Shown here: positions 18,150 to 27,013 of the stretch, one piece after another
Position numbering within the stretch: position 1 is the stretch's first letter
Layout of the letters: the number at the start of each line of letters is the position of its first letter
NCBI GenBank assembly: GCA_964648855.1
Contig: CAZYLT010000015.1
Location: 1 to 32,000 of the forward strand
Length of the DNA stretch: 32,000 nucleotides
From: an uncultured archaeon
GTDB taxonomy: Archaea > Asgardarchaeota > Thorarchaeia > Thorarchaeales > Thorarchaeaceae
Direction: 5' to 3'
Made by a program: the position numbers and the translations under genes
Notes under the pieces: generated by a model
The model's input: only the letters and a program-made list of their open reading frames with translations
What the model was told of the DNA's origin: nothing
The model's database searches: none

Positions 18150-19343
18150 ATGAAGGCAATCATAAATGGCACAATCCTATGTCCTATCAATGGGCAAATC
18201 GATGGTGGAATCGTGGTTTTTGACAATAAGAGAATACGATCTGTCGGAAAGGATGTCAAAATCCCTAAGAATGCAGAGATAATCGATGCAGAAGGGAAAT
18301 ACATTCTTCCTGGTTTCATTGATGCCCATACGCATCAGGGTCTCTTCGATGGTTCGATTGGATGGGCCGGAAGCGATGGCAATGAAATGACTGAGGCAAC
18401 TACACCCCATATGAGAGCTATTGACGGCTTCAACCCTCATGAGCCCTCTCTCAGTGAAGCTTTACTGGGCGGAGTCACTTCACTGAATACAGGACCAGGG
18501 TCTGGAAATGTCATTGGTGGTCAGGCTTTCGTGATTAAGCCAACTGGCAGCGATGTCGTTGAAGACATGATTCTCCAGGCCCCATCGGGATTGAAAGTCG
18601 CACTAGGAGAAAATCCAAAGCGCGTCCATGGCCGCGACAATAGCAGGATGCCTTCAACTCGAATGGGCATAGCTGCTTTGCTTCGAAAGACAATTACTGA
18701 CGCCCAGAACTACATGGATGAATGGAAGGCATTTGGCTCGAAAGCCAGAGAAGCAAAAGAAGAGGGCAAGGCACCACCAGCCCCACCCAAACGCGACTTA
18801 GGACTTGAAATGATTGCCAAGGTGGTGAAGCGGGAAATACCGTTACATGCTCATGCCCATCGTGCCGATGATATTGCCACAATTATTCGACTTGCTAAAG
18901 AATTCAATATTAGATTGGTTCTAATTCATTGCACAGAGGGCCATAAGATTGCAAACCACATTGCAAAGTCAAAGGTGCCGGCGGTGATTGGTCCAACAAT
19001 GTTTTGGGTGTCCAAGCCAGAAACAAGGGAACGAGGTTTTGAAACAGCGGTTATTCTCAATAAGGCAGGGGTCAAGGTTGCACTTCAAACAGATTCACTC
19101 ACACCCATGAATTACTTCCCGCTACTTCCCATGAACGTAATCAAACTGGGCATGAGCCGTGACGATGCCTTGAAATGTGTGACAATCAATCCAGCCGAAA
19201 TTCTGGGCATAGCTAAACGAGTAGGATCACTAGAGAAAGGCAAAGACGCAGACATAGTAATTTGGTCTGGACATCCCTTTGAGTTCTATAGTAAGGTGGA
19301 ACGGGTCTTTGTTAATGGAACAGAGATTGAGATTGAGAAGTAA
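18150..19343 (+). CDS. Metal-dependent amidohydrolase (amidohydro_1 family)
   Basis: LPGFIDAHTH, KVALGENPK, HAHR, IHCTEG, QTD, TINPA..GSLEKGKDAD. Confidence 0.93.
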   Translation: MKAIINGTILCPINGQIDGGIVVFDNKRIRSVGKDVKIPKNAEIIDAEGKYILPGFIDAHTHQGLFDGSIGWAGSDGNEMTEATTPHMRAIDGFNPHEPSLSEALLGGVTSLNTGPGSGNVIGGQAFVIKPTGSDVVEDMILQAPSGLKVALGENPKRVHGRDNSRMPSTRMGIAALLRKTITDAQNYMDEWKAFGSKAREAKEEGKAPPAPPKRDLGLEMIAKVVKREIPLHAHAHRADDIATIIRLAKEFNIRLVLIHCTEGHKIANHIAKSKVPAVIGPTMFWVSKPETRERGFETAVILNKAGVKVALQTDSLTPMNYFPLLPMNVIKLGMSRDDALKCVTINPAEILGIAKRVGSLEKGKDADIVIWSGHPFEFYSKVERVFVNGTEIEIEK

Positions 19344-19365
19344 GCATCAGTCGGCATCATGAATA

Positions 19366-19728
19366 GTGGAGGGAGATACAATCTCATTTCTCCCTCTGTT
19401 AAACATCAATTCACTCCAGCTCAGTTTTGATTGGCTGGTTTCTATTCTCATATGGATTGGAATTCTGCTGCCTATTTTGCTTGCGGTTGGAGGGTATTTT
19501 GCTTATCGATACGCTAAATCCAATATGCGGTCACGCAGAACCTTCATGACTACTGCCATTGCAGACTTGTCTGCGCCTGAGGACTCCACTACTCAAAACG
19601 AATCCATCCATTTTCCCAGGACCTGCCCCTGCTGCAACAGCCGATTGAATCTCTCTAAGATTATTTGGATTGGCGAAAAATCGGGCAAATGCCACAATTG
19701 TGGAGTAGTGATTCACGCAGAATCGTAA
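19366..19728 (+). CDS. Single-pass membrane protein with C-terminal zinc ribbon
   Basis: One TM helix followed by basic residues; CPCC...CHNCG at the C-terminus; GTG start uncertain. Confidence 0.75.
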   Translation: MEGDTISFLPLLNINSLQLSFDWLVSILIWIGILLPILLAVGGYFAYRYAKSNMRSRRTFMTTAIADLSAPEDSTTQNESIHFPRTCPCCNSRLNLSKIIWIGEKSGKCHNCGVVIHAES

Positions 19729-19798
19729 GGATATCCAATCAGCAGTTTGAACTGCTTGTTTCGGAGAGTATTTTTGGTAACGCTCCATTGGTCTTATT

Positions 19799-20923
19799 AT
19801 GCCAGAGGATGCTGATGACTATATTCTCAGGATAGAAGACCTAAGTGCTGCCTATACGTCAAAGCGTGGATTAGTACATGCTGTGAATGATGTATCATTT
19901 GGCATCAGGAGAGGCGAATCGGTGGGTCTCTTTGGAGAATCCGGCGCTGGCAAGTCTTCTGTGGCACTGGCAATATTGGGCATATTTGAGAAGACAGCCA
20001 AATTTGGTTCAGCATCAGGCGACAAAGAAAACAAGAGGCTTTGGGAACTACGAGAGAAAGCTCGCAAAGAGGGCAAGACTTCCAATGACATTGGAGAGAT
20101 GCTACCGGGAGTTGAAGGTCACATCTGGTACAAAGGAGAGGACTTGCTCGCCCTCGATGAAGAAGCGTTCAGGAAAATTAGAGGAAATGATATTACGTAC
20201 GTTCCTCAAGGCACAATGCAGTCATTGAATCCATATACAAACATACAACTGCAGACAGCCGAGTCTCTATGGGCTCATGATGATGAAAGCGTTCTTTATG
20301 AGAGAGAGGTTCTTAGACGGGTACTCCAAGCGCTGGACCTTGTAGAGATTGGAGATATAGACATTCGCAAGGCCTTGAAACCGAAGGAATTCAGCATGGG
20401 TGAAGACCAGCGAGTTCTGATTGCCATGGCACTCATAATGCAACCTGAGATTCTCATAGCAGATGAACCAACAACAGCGCTAGATGTTGGAGTTCAAGGG
20501 CGAATTATGGATGCTATCAATCTTGTTCGTGAGAAGCTCGATTTGACTATGCTCCTCATTACTAATGACCAAGGTCTCATGGCGGAAACTGCAGATCGAA
20601 TAGCTGTCATGTCGGCAGGACGAATAATGGAATTCGCAGACGCAGAGACAATTCTGAAAAACCCAGGCCACCCATTTACGAGGGCATTTCTCATGAGCAA
20701 TCCATCAATGGAAATAATACGCAGAATCAGGGAGAAGGGATTGATTCTCCGTGGAATCCCAGGAAATCCTCCTGACATGACAAACCCACCAACTGGCTGT
20801 CCCTTCCACACGCGATGCCAGTACAAGAAAGACATCTGTGTCGAACAAGTCCCTGAGTACCGTGAAGTAGAAGACGATCACTGGATATTCTGTCATCGAT
20901 ATGAAGAGCTCCCTGAATTCTAG
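19799..20923 (+). CDS. Orphan OppD/DppD-like ABC ATPase with degenerate signature and H-loop
   Basis: Walker A GESGAGKS, Walker B LIADEPT, signature FSMGEDQR, H-loop ITND, C-terminal HPF..GCPFHTRC..C..C. Confidence 0.9.
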   Translation: MPEDADDYILRIEDLSAAYTSKRGLVHAVNDVSFGIRRGESVGLFGESGAGKSSVALAILGIFEKTAKFGSASGDKENKRLWELREKARKEGKTSNDIGEMLPGVEGHIWYKGEDLLALDEEAFRKIRGNDITYVPQGTMQSLNPYTNIQLQTAESLWAHDDESVLYEREVLRRVLQALDLVEIGDIDIRKALKPKEFSMGEDQRVLIAMALIMQPEILIADEPTTALDVGVQGRIMDAINLVREKLDLTMLLITNDQGLMAETADRIAVMSAGRIMEFADAETILKNPGHPFTRAFLMSNPSMEIIRRIREKGLILRGIPGNPPDMTNPPTGCPFHTRCQYKKDICVEQVPEYREVEDDHWIFCHRYEELPEF

Positions 20924-21150
20924 TGAGAACAAATCGTGTATTCTCATTCACTAAGACATAGATTTCGATAATTTGAGCATTAATTCAAGAAGGCATTCAA
21001 GACGTTGACTTCCTGCAGCCCGAGTTGAAATGAAAATAAGTTCTGACTAATTGGGTGCCTTGAACACCGATTCTTCTCTTTAAGACATGTAGACAAGGGA
21101 CTTAAAGACTCCTTTCTTCATCTGATGGCTATGTAATAGGTGAAGTATAG

Positions 21151-22197
21151 ATGAACAATGAAACCCATAACTCAGGGGAATACGTCAAGGCCGAACCACC
21201 ACACCTGTGGATGGGCTTCACAAAGAACAAGTTAATGTTCAGAACGTTTCTATCCATGTCATTCATTGCCCTCGCATCTGTCATTGTGATGGGGCTTGAT
21301 GCCCTCTTTCACATTATGATTTCAGTCGTCACCGTTATTCTAGTGCATGGTCTGATATTCTACTATCAGGTCTGGCGGGGAATGAAACCAACGTACAAAT
21401 CACCGAGTTCGCCGATGGTTGCAGGATTAGTAGTCGGATTAGCTATGCCCATCAGCAGTCCGTTTCTAGTCACTGCTGTCGTGGCTTTGATTGCAATTCT
21501 GGTGTTCAAGTATGGACAGGGAGCCGTTCTTGACAGGAAATACCTCAACCCTGCTGCAGCATCGAAGACACTGCTTCTCATTCTGCTCTCACTCATGATT
21601 TTCTTGGAAGACTCTCTTGACATTGGAATGTTGTTTCATCCACACCATCTCAGCCTAGACCTTCTGAGTGCTGAAGGCTTTCAAGATTCGATGTGGATTT
21701 TCAGTGGTAAGGTACTGCCGATTCTTGGTATTGAGCTCTCACCCGCGCAGGCTCTTGTGATCTGGCAAACCCATGGCTGGATTGGCGGCGCAAGTGGAAT
21801 TGTCGTACTCATTGTAGGTGCGATAGCTGCATACTGGCTCAAATTCAAGTGGCGTATCATAATATCTACTCTGACAACAATGACAGTGCTAGCGGCAATT
21901 ACTGGACTGGCTCTGGGAGGAGACCCCCTCTTGCGGATCGCATTTCATGTCTTCACAGGAAGCGTCATCTTCATGACCTTCTTTATGGCAACTGAACCTC
22001 AGTCAACGCCCATGACCGAAATAGCTCAGGTTATCTTCGGCATCACACTTGCCCTACTGACCTTTGTATTGCAGATCCTTAATGTCTTGGGAGGATCTAT
22101 TATCGCCTTGCTAATTCTTAACCTAGCAACGCCAAGCCTAGACAAAATCAGAATTAAGAAACCCTATGGACTAAGAGGAACCGATGGAGAGAGCTAG
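21151..22197 (+). CDS. rnfD: RnfD/NqrB-family membrane protein (atypical)
   Basis: PPH, G..LAMP, NPAA, FFMATEPQSTP, LILNLATPSLD motifs; about 9-10 TM; SD GGTGA at 21139-21143. Confidence 0.85.
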   Translation: MNNETHNSGEYVKAEPPHLWMGFTKNKLMFRTFLSMSFIALASVIVMGLDALFHIMISVVTVILVHGLIFYYQVWRGMKPTYKSPSSPMVAGLVVGLAMPISSPFLVTAVVALIAILVFKYGQGAVLDRKYLNPAAASKTLLLILLSLMIFLEDSLDIGMLFHPHHLSLDLLSAEGFQDSMWIFSGKVLPILGIELSPAQALVIWQTHGWIGGASGIVVLIVGAIAAYWLKFKWRIIISTLTTMTVLAAITGLALGGDPLLRIAFHVFTGSVIFMTFFMATEPQSTPMTEIAQVIFGITLALLTFVLQILNVLGGSIIALLILNLATPSLDKIRIKKPYGLRGTDGES

Positions 22198-22199
22198 CG

Positions 22200-23522
22200 A
22201 TGAAAACCAACGACAGACCTGTAGGCGAGTTCGTGGAGAAGGGAGGCTTCAAAATGGACTTGTCCATGAAGAGGGATGCAGTGAATTCCCCCTTCACATC
22301 CGTTGCGCCAGCAGAGAAGATGGTTGTCTTTCTTCGCCAGCATATTGGACCTGAGACTAAGCCTTTAGTTGAAGTGGGGCAGGAGGTCCTCTACGGACAG
22401 AAGATTGGGGATGATTCAAGCGGTGGACCATTGGTTGTTCCCGTACATAGCCCAGTAAATGGACAGATTATTGCCTTGACGGAGCGAATCCATCCAGAAT
22501 CGGGCAGGAAAGAGAAGGCTTTCATAATAGAAACCAATAAGCAGGAACGGAAACCGTACTACGAGCCTATAAATCCGGATGATGTCACAAACGAGGAGTT
22601 ACAGGAGCGTGTAAGAGAGGCCGGTTTGGTAGGTCTGGGTGGGGCTGCATTCCCGACTCATGTCAAATTATCTCCAGAAGGGACGATAACGCATCTCCTC
22701 ATCAATGCAAAGGAAAGCGACGTCAACATAGCATGCGATTCACGCCTGATGGTCGAAAAGCCTGATGGAATAATAACCGGAATCAAGCTGATGGCTCAGA
22801 TACTTGAAGCAGATAATGTCCTTTTTGCCACAAGAACAAAGGAGGGTGAGATTCCTGGCTTCGAGAAAATGCTGAGCGAGGAGGACATCCCCATTATACG
22901 AGTTAGACGTAGCTATTCGGTTGGTAGCGAGAAGCTTCTCATAAAGGAGGTTCTGAACAAAGAAGTCCCATCTGGAAAATATCCACCAGACATTGGTGTT
23001 GTGGTTCATAACATATCCACCGCCCATGCTGTTAAGCGTGCAATCATTGATGGGGAGTCGCTCGTTAGTAGAGGCTTAACTATGTATTCGAAAAAGACTG
23101 GAGGAAAGAATCTCTGGGTTCGAATGGGCACACCCGTCGAACATGTGCTACAATCAGTCGGAGTATCACCAAGCGAATTCGAGAGGATTGTGATTGGTTC
23201 CACAATGATGGGGCCCAGCATACCTAGTTCATCATATCCCATTTTGAAAGCGACCTCGGCAATTACTGCTTTCACACAAAACGAACCAGATCCGTACCAG
23301 CACCCATTGCCATGCATTCGCTGTGGCTACTGCAACACGGTTTGTCCAGTTGACATCTATCCTCAGATGATAATGGAGGCTGAGAAAGCAGGGGATACGA
23401 ACCGATTGAAGAAGCTACATGTTGAGGTATGTATCGACTGCGGACTCTGTTCGTACGTCTGCCCATCACGCATCAGGTTCACCCCATATTTGCAGAGAGG
23501 AAAGCAAAAGATTCGAGAGTGA
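22200..23522 (+). CDS. rnfC: RnfC-family soluble flavin/Fe-S oxidoreductase subunit
   Basis: LRQHIG, GQKIG, VHSPVNG, AGLVGLGGAAFPTHVK, GSTMMG, CIRCGYCNTVCP and CIDCGLCSYVCPS. Confidence 0.92.
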   Translation: MKTNDRPVGEFVEKGGFKMDLSMKRDAVNSPFTSVAPAEKMVVFLRQHIGPETKPLVEVGQEVLYGQKIGDDSSGGPLVVPVHSPVNGQIIALTERIHPESGRKEKAFIIETNKQERKPYYEPINPDDVTNEELQERVREAGLVGLGGAAFPTHVKLSPEGTITHLLINAKESDVNIACDSRLMVEKPDGIITGIKLMAQILEADNVLFATRTKEGEIPGFEKMLSEEDIPIIRVRRSYSVGSEKLLIKEVLNKEVPSGKYPPDIGVVVHNISTAHAVKRAIIDGESLVSRGLTMYSKKTGGKNLWVRMGTPVEHVLQSVGVSPSEFERIVIGSTMMGPSIPSSSYPILKATSAITAFTQNEPDPYQHPLPCIRCGYCNTVCPVDIYPQMIMEAEKAGDTNRLKKLHVEVCIDCGLCSYVCPSRIRFTPYLQRGKQKIRE

Positions 23523-23822
23523 TAAGAACGCTCTGACAATAACACTTGGCAATTGGGTGATGTGACTCAAGAATTCCCACCCTCCAAGTAGAACCAAGAG
23601 ATTTCCATCGGAATCCTAGGGCGTATATGAGATGCTCTGAAAATACAGGGCGTGATAAAACCGCTAAGAGTATCGAAATTTCGCCTCCGTAGGAATTCCC
23701 TGCAATTCCTCAGATCTCCGGAGATGCAGTTGGACTTACATAGATAAACCCCTTCTGCTTTCTGCCCATTAGAATCCAGCATGAAGTTTGTAGGTCAATA
23801 TTCCTATGCTGCAATGAGAGCC

Positions 23823-24362
23823 TCAACTAATCTGGTCTATGAAACCATCTACTATCGCCGCGACTGAGTCAACTGCACGTGCCCAATTGTCAATATCCTC
23901 TTCGGGAAGCGGAGGAGCCCCAGCCAAATATCTGAACTTGGCGATCTGCCCAGAGTGATATATTCCATGCATGTATGTCCTAAGCAGAGCCCATGCTACG
24001 GATGGACCTTCTGCTGGTGATGGAGGAATAATGAGGAGTTGTTCTTTGCTGCATCTTTGAAGCACATCAAGAATCTTCTCTGAGTTCTCCCTCAATTTCC
24101 CAAGCATATCCTTTGGCTTCTTGGTGTCAGGCCTAGAACCAATTCCATGCTTGCTTCTGTAAAACCAGTATGTTTCGGAGGACGCAATATGTTCGAGAAG
24201 AATGAAAATACTAGACTGCTCTTCGTCGGGTATTACCCTCCTCAAAATTTGCTCATCGGTTAATCCGGCAATCATTCGTTCTAGATGATTTCTCTGATTT
24301 CGATGAGCTTCAGCAAGCATTGTTCTGAACCACTCTTCTTGCATATCTTTCCACACTTCCAT
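23823..24362 (-). CDS. DinB/YfiT-like four-helix metal-binding protein
   Basis: GLTDEQ, SIFILLEHIASSETYW, HGIYHSGQI His triad. Confidence 0.85.
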   Translation of the reverse strand: MEVWKDMQEEWFRTMLAEAHRNQRNHLERMIAGLTDEQILRRVIPDEEQSSIFILLEHIASSETYWFYRSKHGIGSRPDTKKPKDMLGKLRENSEKILDVLQRCSKEQLLIIPPSPAEGPSVAWALLRTYMHGIYHSGQIAKFRYLAGAPPLPEEDIDNWARAVDSVAAIVDGFIDQIS

Positions 24363-24369
24363 CGTTACC

Positions 24370-25548
24370 CTAGTCTTTGTCAGGCTTCTCTCTCGTCAAT
24401 TGGATGAGTTCATATTCCCGCAAACCCAGCTTCATCTTGTCAGCATGGGCCATCTGAATATCAGCAAGAGGGACAATCTCACCAGAATCTGGGTCTTTAC
24501 AGGCATGAGCAGTAGCGAACTTCTGCTGGCATTCTTCGTCACCAATCGGGGATGCTGGATTAGTGGGAGCTTCATTTATTGCATCCAGAGATGCTTGGTC
24601 TGTAGCCAAAGGGTCTCTTGACCCGAAAATGCCAATATCATGGACTAGTAATGGCGCGCCAACATTCCAGCAGTCGCACTTGTCAGAAATATCCATTGCG
24701 AGATTGATGTACCAAAACTTGTCACGTCCGACCGAATCAATCACACCAACCGCATTTTCAACAAATCTATAGACTTGTGTATGATTCGGACGCCAGCTCA
24801 TCGAAATAGCCTTTGCTTCTACGCGATTGCAGACGTGAATGCAGTGATAACATGCGATGCACTCGTTCTTGTCGATAGAAGCTTTCTCATCCATTGATAT
24901 GCATCTCACCGGGCAGACCTTTAGGCACTTTGAACATTCGGAACCTAGGCATTTCTCCTCGTCTAATTCAATATCGCCCATCCAATGCATCTCAGCTTTG
25001 CCCCTTTTACCTACTAGTCCAATTCCCAAATTCTTGATAGACCCACCCAGCCCTCCTAGACCATGTCCTTTTGCATGTGTGAGCATCAGGATTTTGTCAC
25101 AGTCAAGAACAGCTGTAGCTACATCCACCTTCTTGACATATTCACCGTCTATCTCGACATCAAAGACATCTGTACCCCAATAACCATCTGCCATTAGAAT
25201 AGGCGCCCCAACTGTTCCCTGGGTATAGCCATTGAGTTCTGCCATAGCGAGATATTCCGGAGCAGTGGTTCGGCCTCCATAAATACCACCTTCACCATAG
25301 CCAAGTCCACACGATTCGCATACAAACGGGATGCCTCCCGCTTCATGTATTAGCTCGACTGCTTTGCGAACATAAGCAGGACGAATGTAGTTAGTATTGC
25401 CCCACTGCCCAAAATGGGTCTTGACCATTACCTTTTCGCCTTCGTCAATTGCATCCAAGAATCCCATTTCTGTAAGAACATGTTCCAGCTTGTCGAGCAT
25501 GTTGTAGTGAGACTCTGCGTTTCTGTCTGAAAAGTACACCTTGCTCAT
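24370..25548 (-). CDS. DUF362 family protein with inserted 4Fe-4S dicluster (ferredoxin) domain
   Basis: SKVYF, VKTHFGQ.GN...IRP, THAKGH..GGSIKNLGIG, CSKCLKVCP / CIACYHCIHVC, CDC, DIGI..S.DP.A.DQAS. Confidence 0.9.
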   Translation of the reverse strand: MSKVYFSDRNAESHYNMLDKLEHVLTEMGFLDAIDEGEKVMVKTHFGQWGNTNYIRPAYVRKAVELIHEAGGIPFVCESCGLGYGEGGIYGGRTTAPEYLAMAELNGYTQGTVGAPILMADGYWGTDVFDVEIDGEYVKKVDVATAVLDCDKILMLTHAKGHGLGGLGGSIKNLGIGLVGKRGKAEMHWMGDIELDEEKCLGSECSKCLKVCPVRCISMDEKASIDKNECIACYHCIHVCNRVEAKAISMSWRPNHTQVYRFVENAVGVIDSVGRDKFWYINLAMDISDKCDCWNVGAPLLVHDIGIFGSRDPLATDQASLDAINEAPTNPASPIGDEECQQKFATAHACKDPDSGEIVPLADIQMAHADKMKLGLREYELIQLTREKPDKD

Positions 25549-25674
25549 TCTAAACCCTATCAGATGAAGAACATTCTATGTATAAAGGATTACGAAGGGA
25601 GCCCACAAAGGACCAAGGTCTGCTTTATCAACATTGTTTTAATGTGAAGATTACTGAGTCTGGAATTGAGTATC

Positions 25675-26754
25675 ATGTCTGATGAAGAAATCATACTTCA
25701 TGTTGAAAACCTTAGAGCTTACTATCCATCCAAAGAAGGCTTGATAAAAGCTGTCGATGATGTATCATTTGACGTAAGGAAGGGGGAGTCAGTAGGAATT
25801 TTGGGCGAAAGCGGGTGTGGGAAAAGCTCACTTGCGCTAGCCATAATGGGGCTCTTTGATAAGATGGCAAGATTTCGAGCAGGGTCATCAAACGTACCGG
25901 GTCTGTTGAAGGAGTTCGAGAAGAGGGGGAATGAGACCCCAGGCACGAGTGGCACAGTCATCTTCAGAAATCACGATATGTTAAATGCCCCTTACGAAGA
26001 CCTTTCGAAAATAAGGGGAAAAGAGATTGCAATGATTCCCCAAGGACTCACACATGCATTGAACCCACAGTACTCTATAGGGATGCAAACTGGAGAACCG
26101 ATTGAGATCCACGATGAGAATGTGCGTCTGTTAGAAATGAAAAAGAAAGTCTTAGATTTTCTCAATTTAGTCAGCTTGGCAGATGCTGACACTCGGTTTG
26201 TATTAGACCCTGGCAGTTTCAGCGGCGGAGAGGCTCAAAGAGTTCTCATTGCCATGTCATTGATATCTGGGCCGTACCTCGTGATTGCAGATGAACCAAC
26301 CAGTGCGCTAGACGTCACGATTCAAAGGCAGATAATGAACGTCCTCCAGATGGTAAAGGAGGAATTCGACGTGTCTACCATCATGATTAGCCATGACGCA
26401 GGGGTTATTGCAGAGGTTTCAGATAGAATCGCAATAATGTACGCTGGAAAAATAATGGAGCTGGGGGATGCTGTTCAGATATACCACAATCCGGGTCATC
26501 CTTACACAATGGGCTTGATGGCATCATTCCCAACAATTGCTATGATGCGGATGAGGGAAGGAGGTTCACGTCCAAAGCTTAGAGGAATTCGAGGCGAACC
26601 GCCAGATCCACGCAATATTCCAGAAGGATGTCCATTCCATCCCCGCTGCGATTTTGCAGAAGAAAAGTGTCAGGAAAACATTCCGGAATATAGGGAAGTT
26701 GAGTCAGGGCATTGGATTAGATGCATTCGTTATGAGGAAATTCAAAAAGAATAG
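25675..26754 (+). CDS. Orphan OppD/DppD-like ABC ATPase
   Basis: GESGCGKS, FSGGEAQR, IADEPT, ISHD, HPYT, GCPFHPRC..C..C; start 25666 (TTG) or 25675 (ATG). Confidence 0.92.
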   Translation: MSDEEIILHVENLRAYYPSKEGLIKAVDDVSFDVRKGESVGILGESGCGKSSLALAIMGLFDKMARFRAGSSNVPGLLKEFEKRGNETPGTSGTVIFRNHDMLNAPYEDLSKIRGKEIAMIPQGLTHALNPQYSIGMQTGEPIEIHDENVRLLEMKKKVLDFLNLVSLADADTRFVLDPGSFSGGEAQRVLIAMSLISGPYLVIADEPTSALDVTIQRQIMNVLQMVKEEFDVSTIMISHDAGVIAEVSDRIAIMYAGKIMELGDAVQIYHNPGHPYTMGLMASFPTIAMMRMREGGSRPKLRGIRGEPPDPRNIPEGCPFHPRCDFAEEKCQENIPEYREVESGHWIRCIRYEEIQKE

Positions 26755-26755
26755 G

Positions 26756-26779
26756 GGTGGGCACCGAAGTGTACCCACC
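26756..26779 (+). terminator. GC-rich hairpin directly after the stop codon of the orphan ATPase
   Basis: GGTGGG-CAC-cgaa-GTG-ta-CCCACC; no U-tract follows. Confidence 0.35.
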
Positions 26780-27013
26780 AAGAGGAAGACCTCACTCAGA
26801 GCGATAGAGAACACGGCAAACAGAGGAAACCAATCCTTGCAATTCAACCGTTTTTCTGACCTGATTCAGGGTTGCTCTAGATGTTGCATCCATTCTCCCG
26901 GCTAATAGACGACATAATTGAAGTATAATCTGGATATATACGTGTTTTGAGCTAGCGCATAATTGGCGCGTAATGACCAAAAAGCATATGGACACTAAGA
27001 AGATAGCCAGTTT

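Noticed and set aside
23567-23782. 71-aa minus-strand ORF
   Set aside because: No recognisable motif or SD; not called as a CDS.
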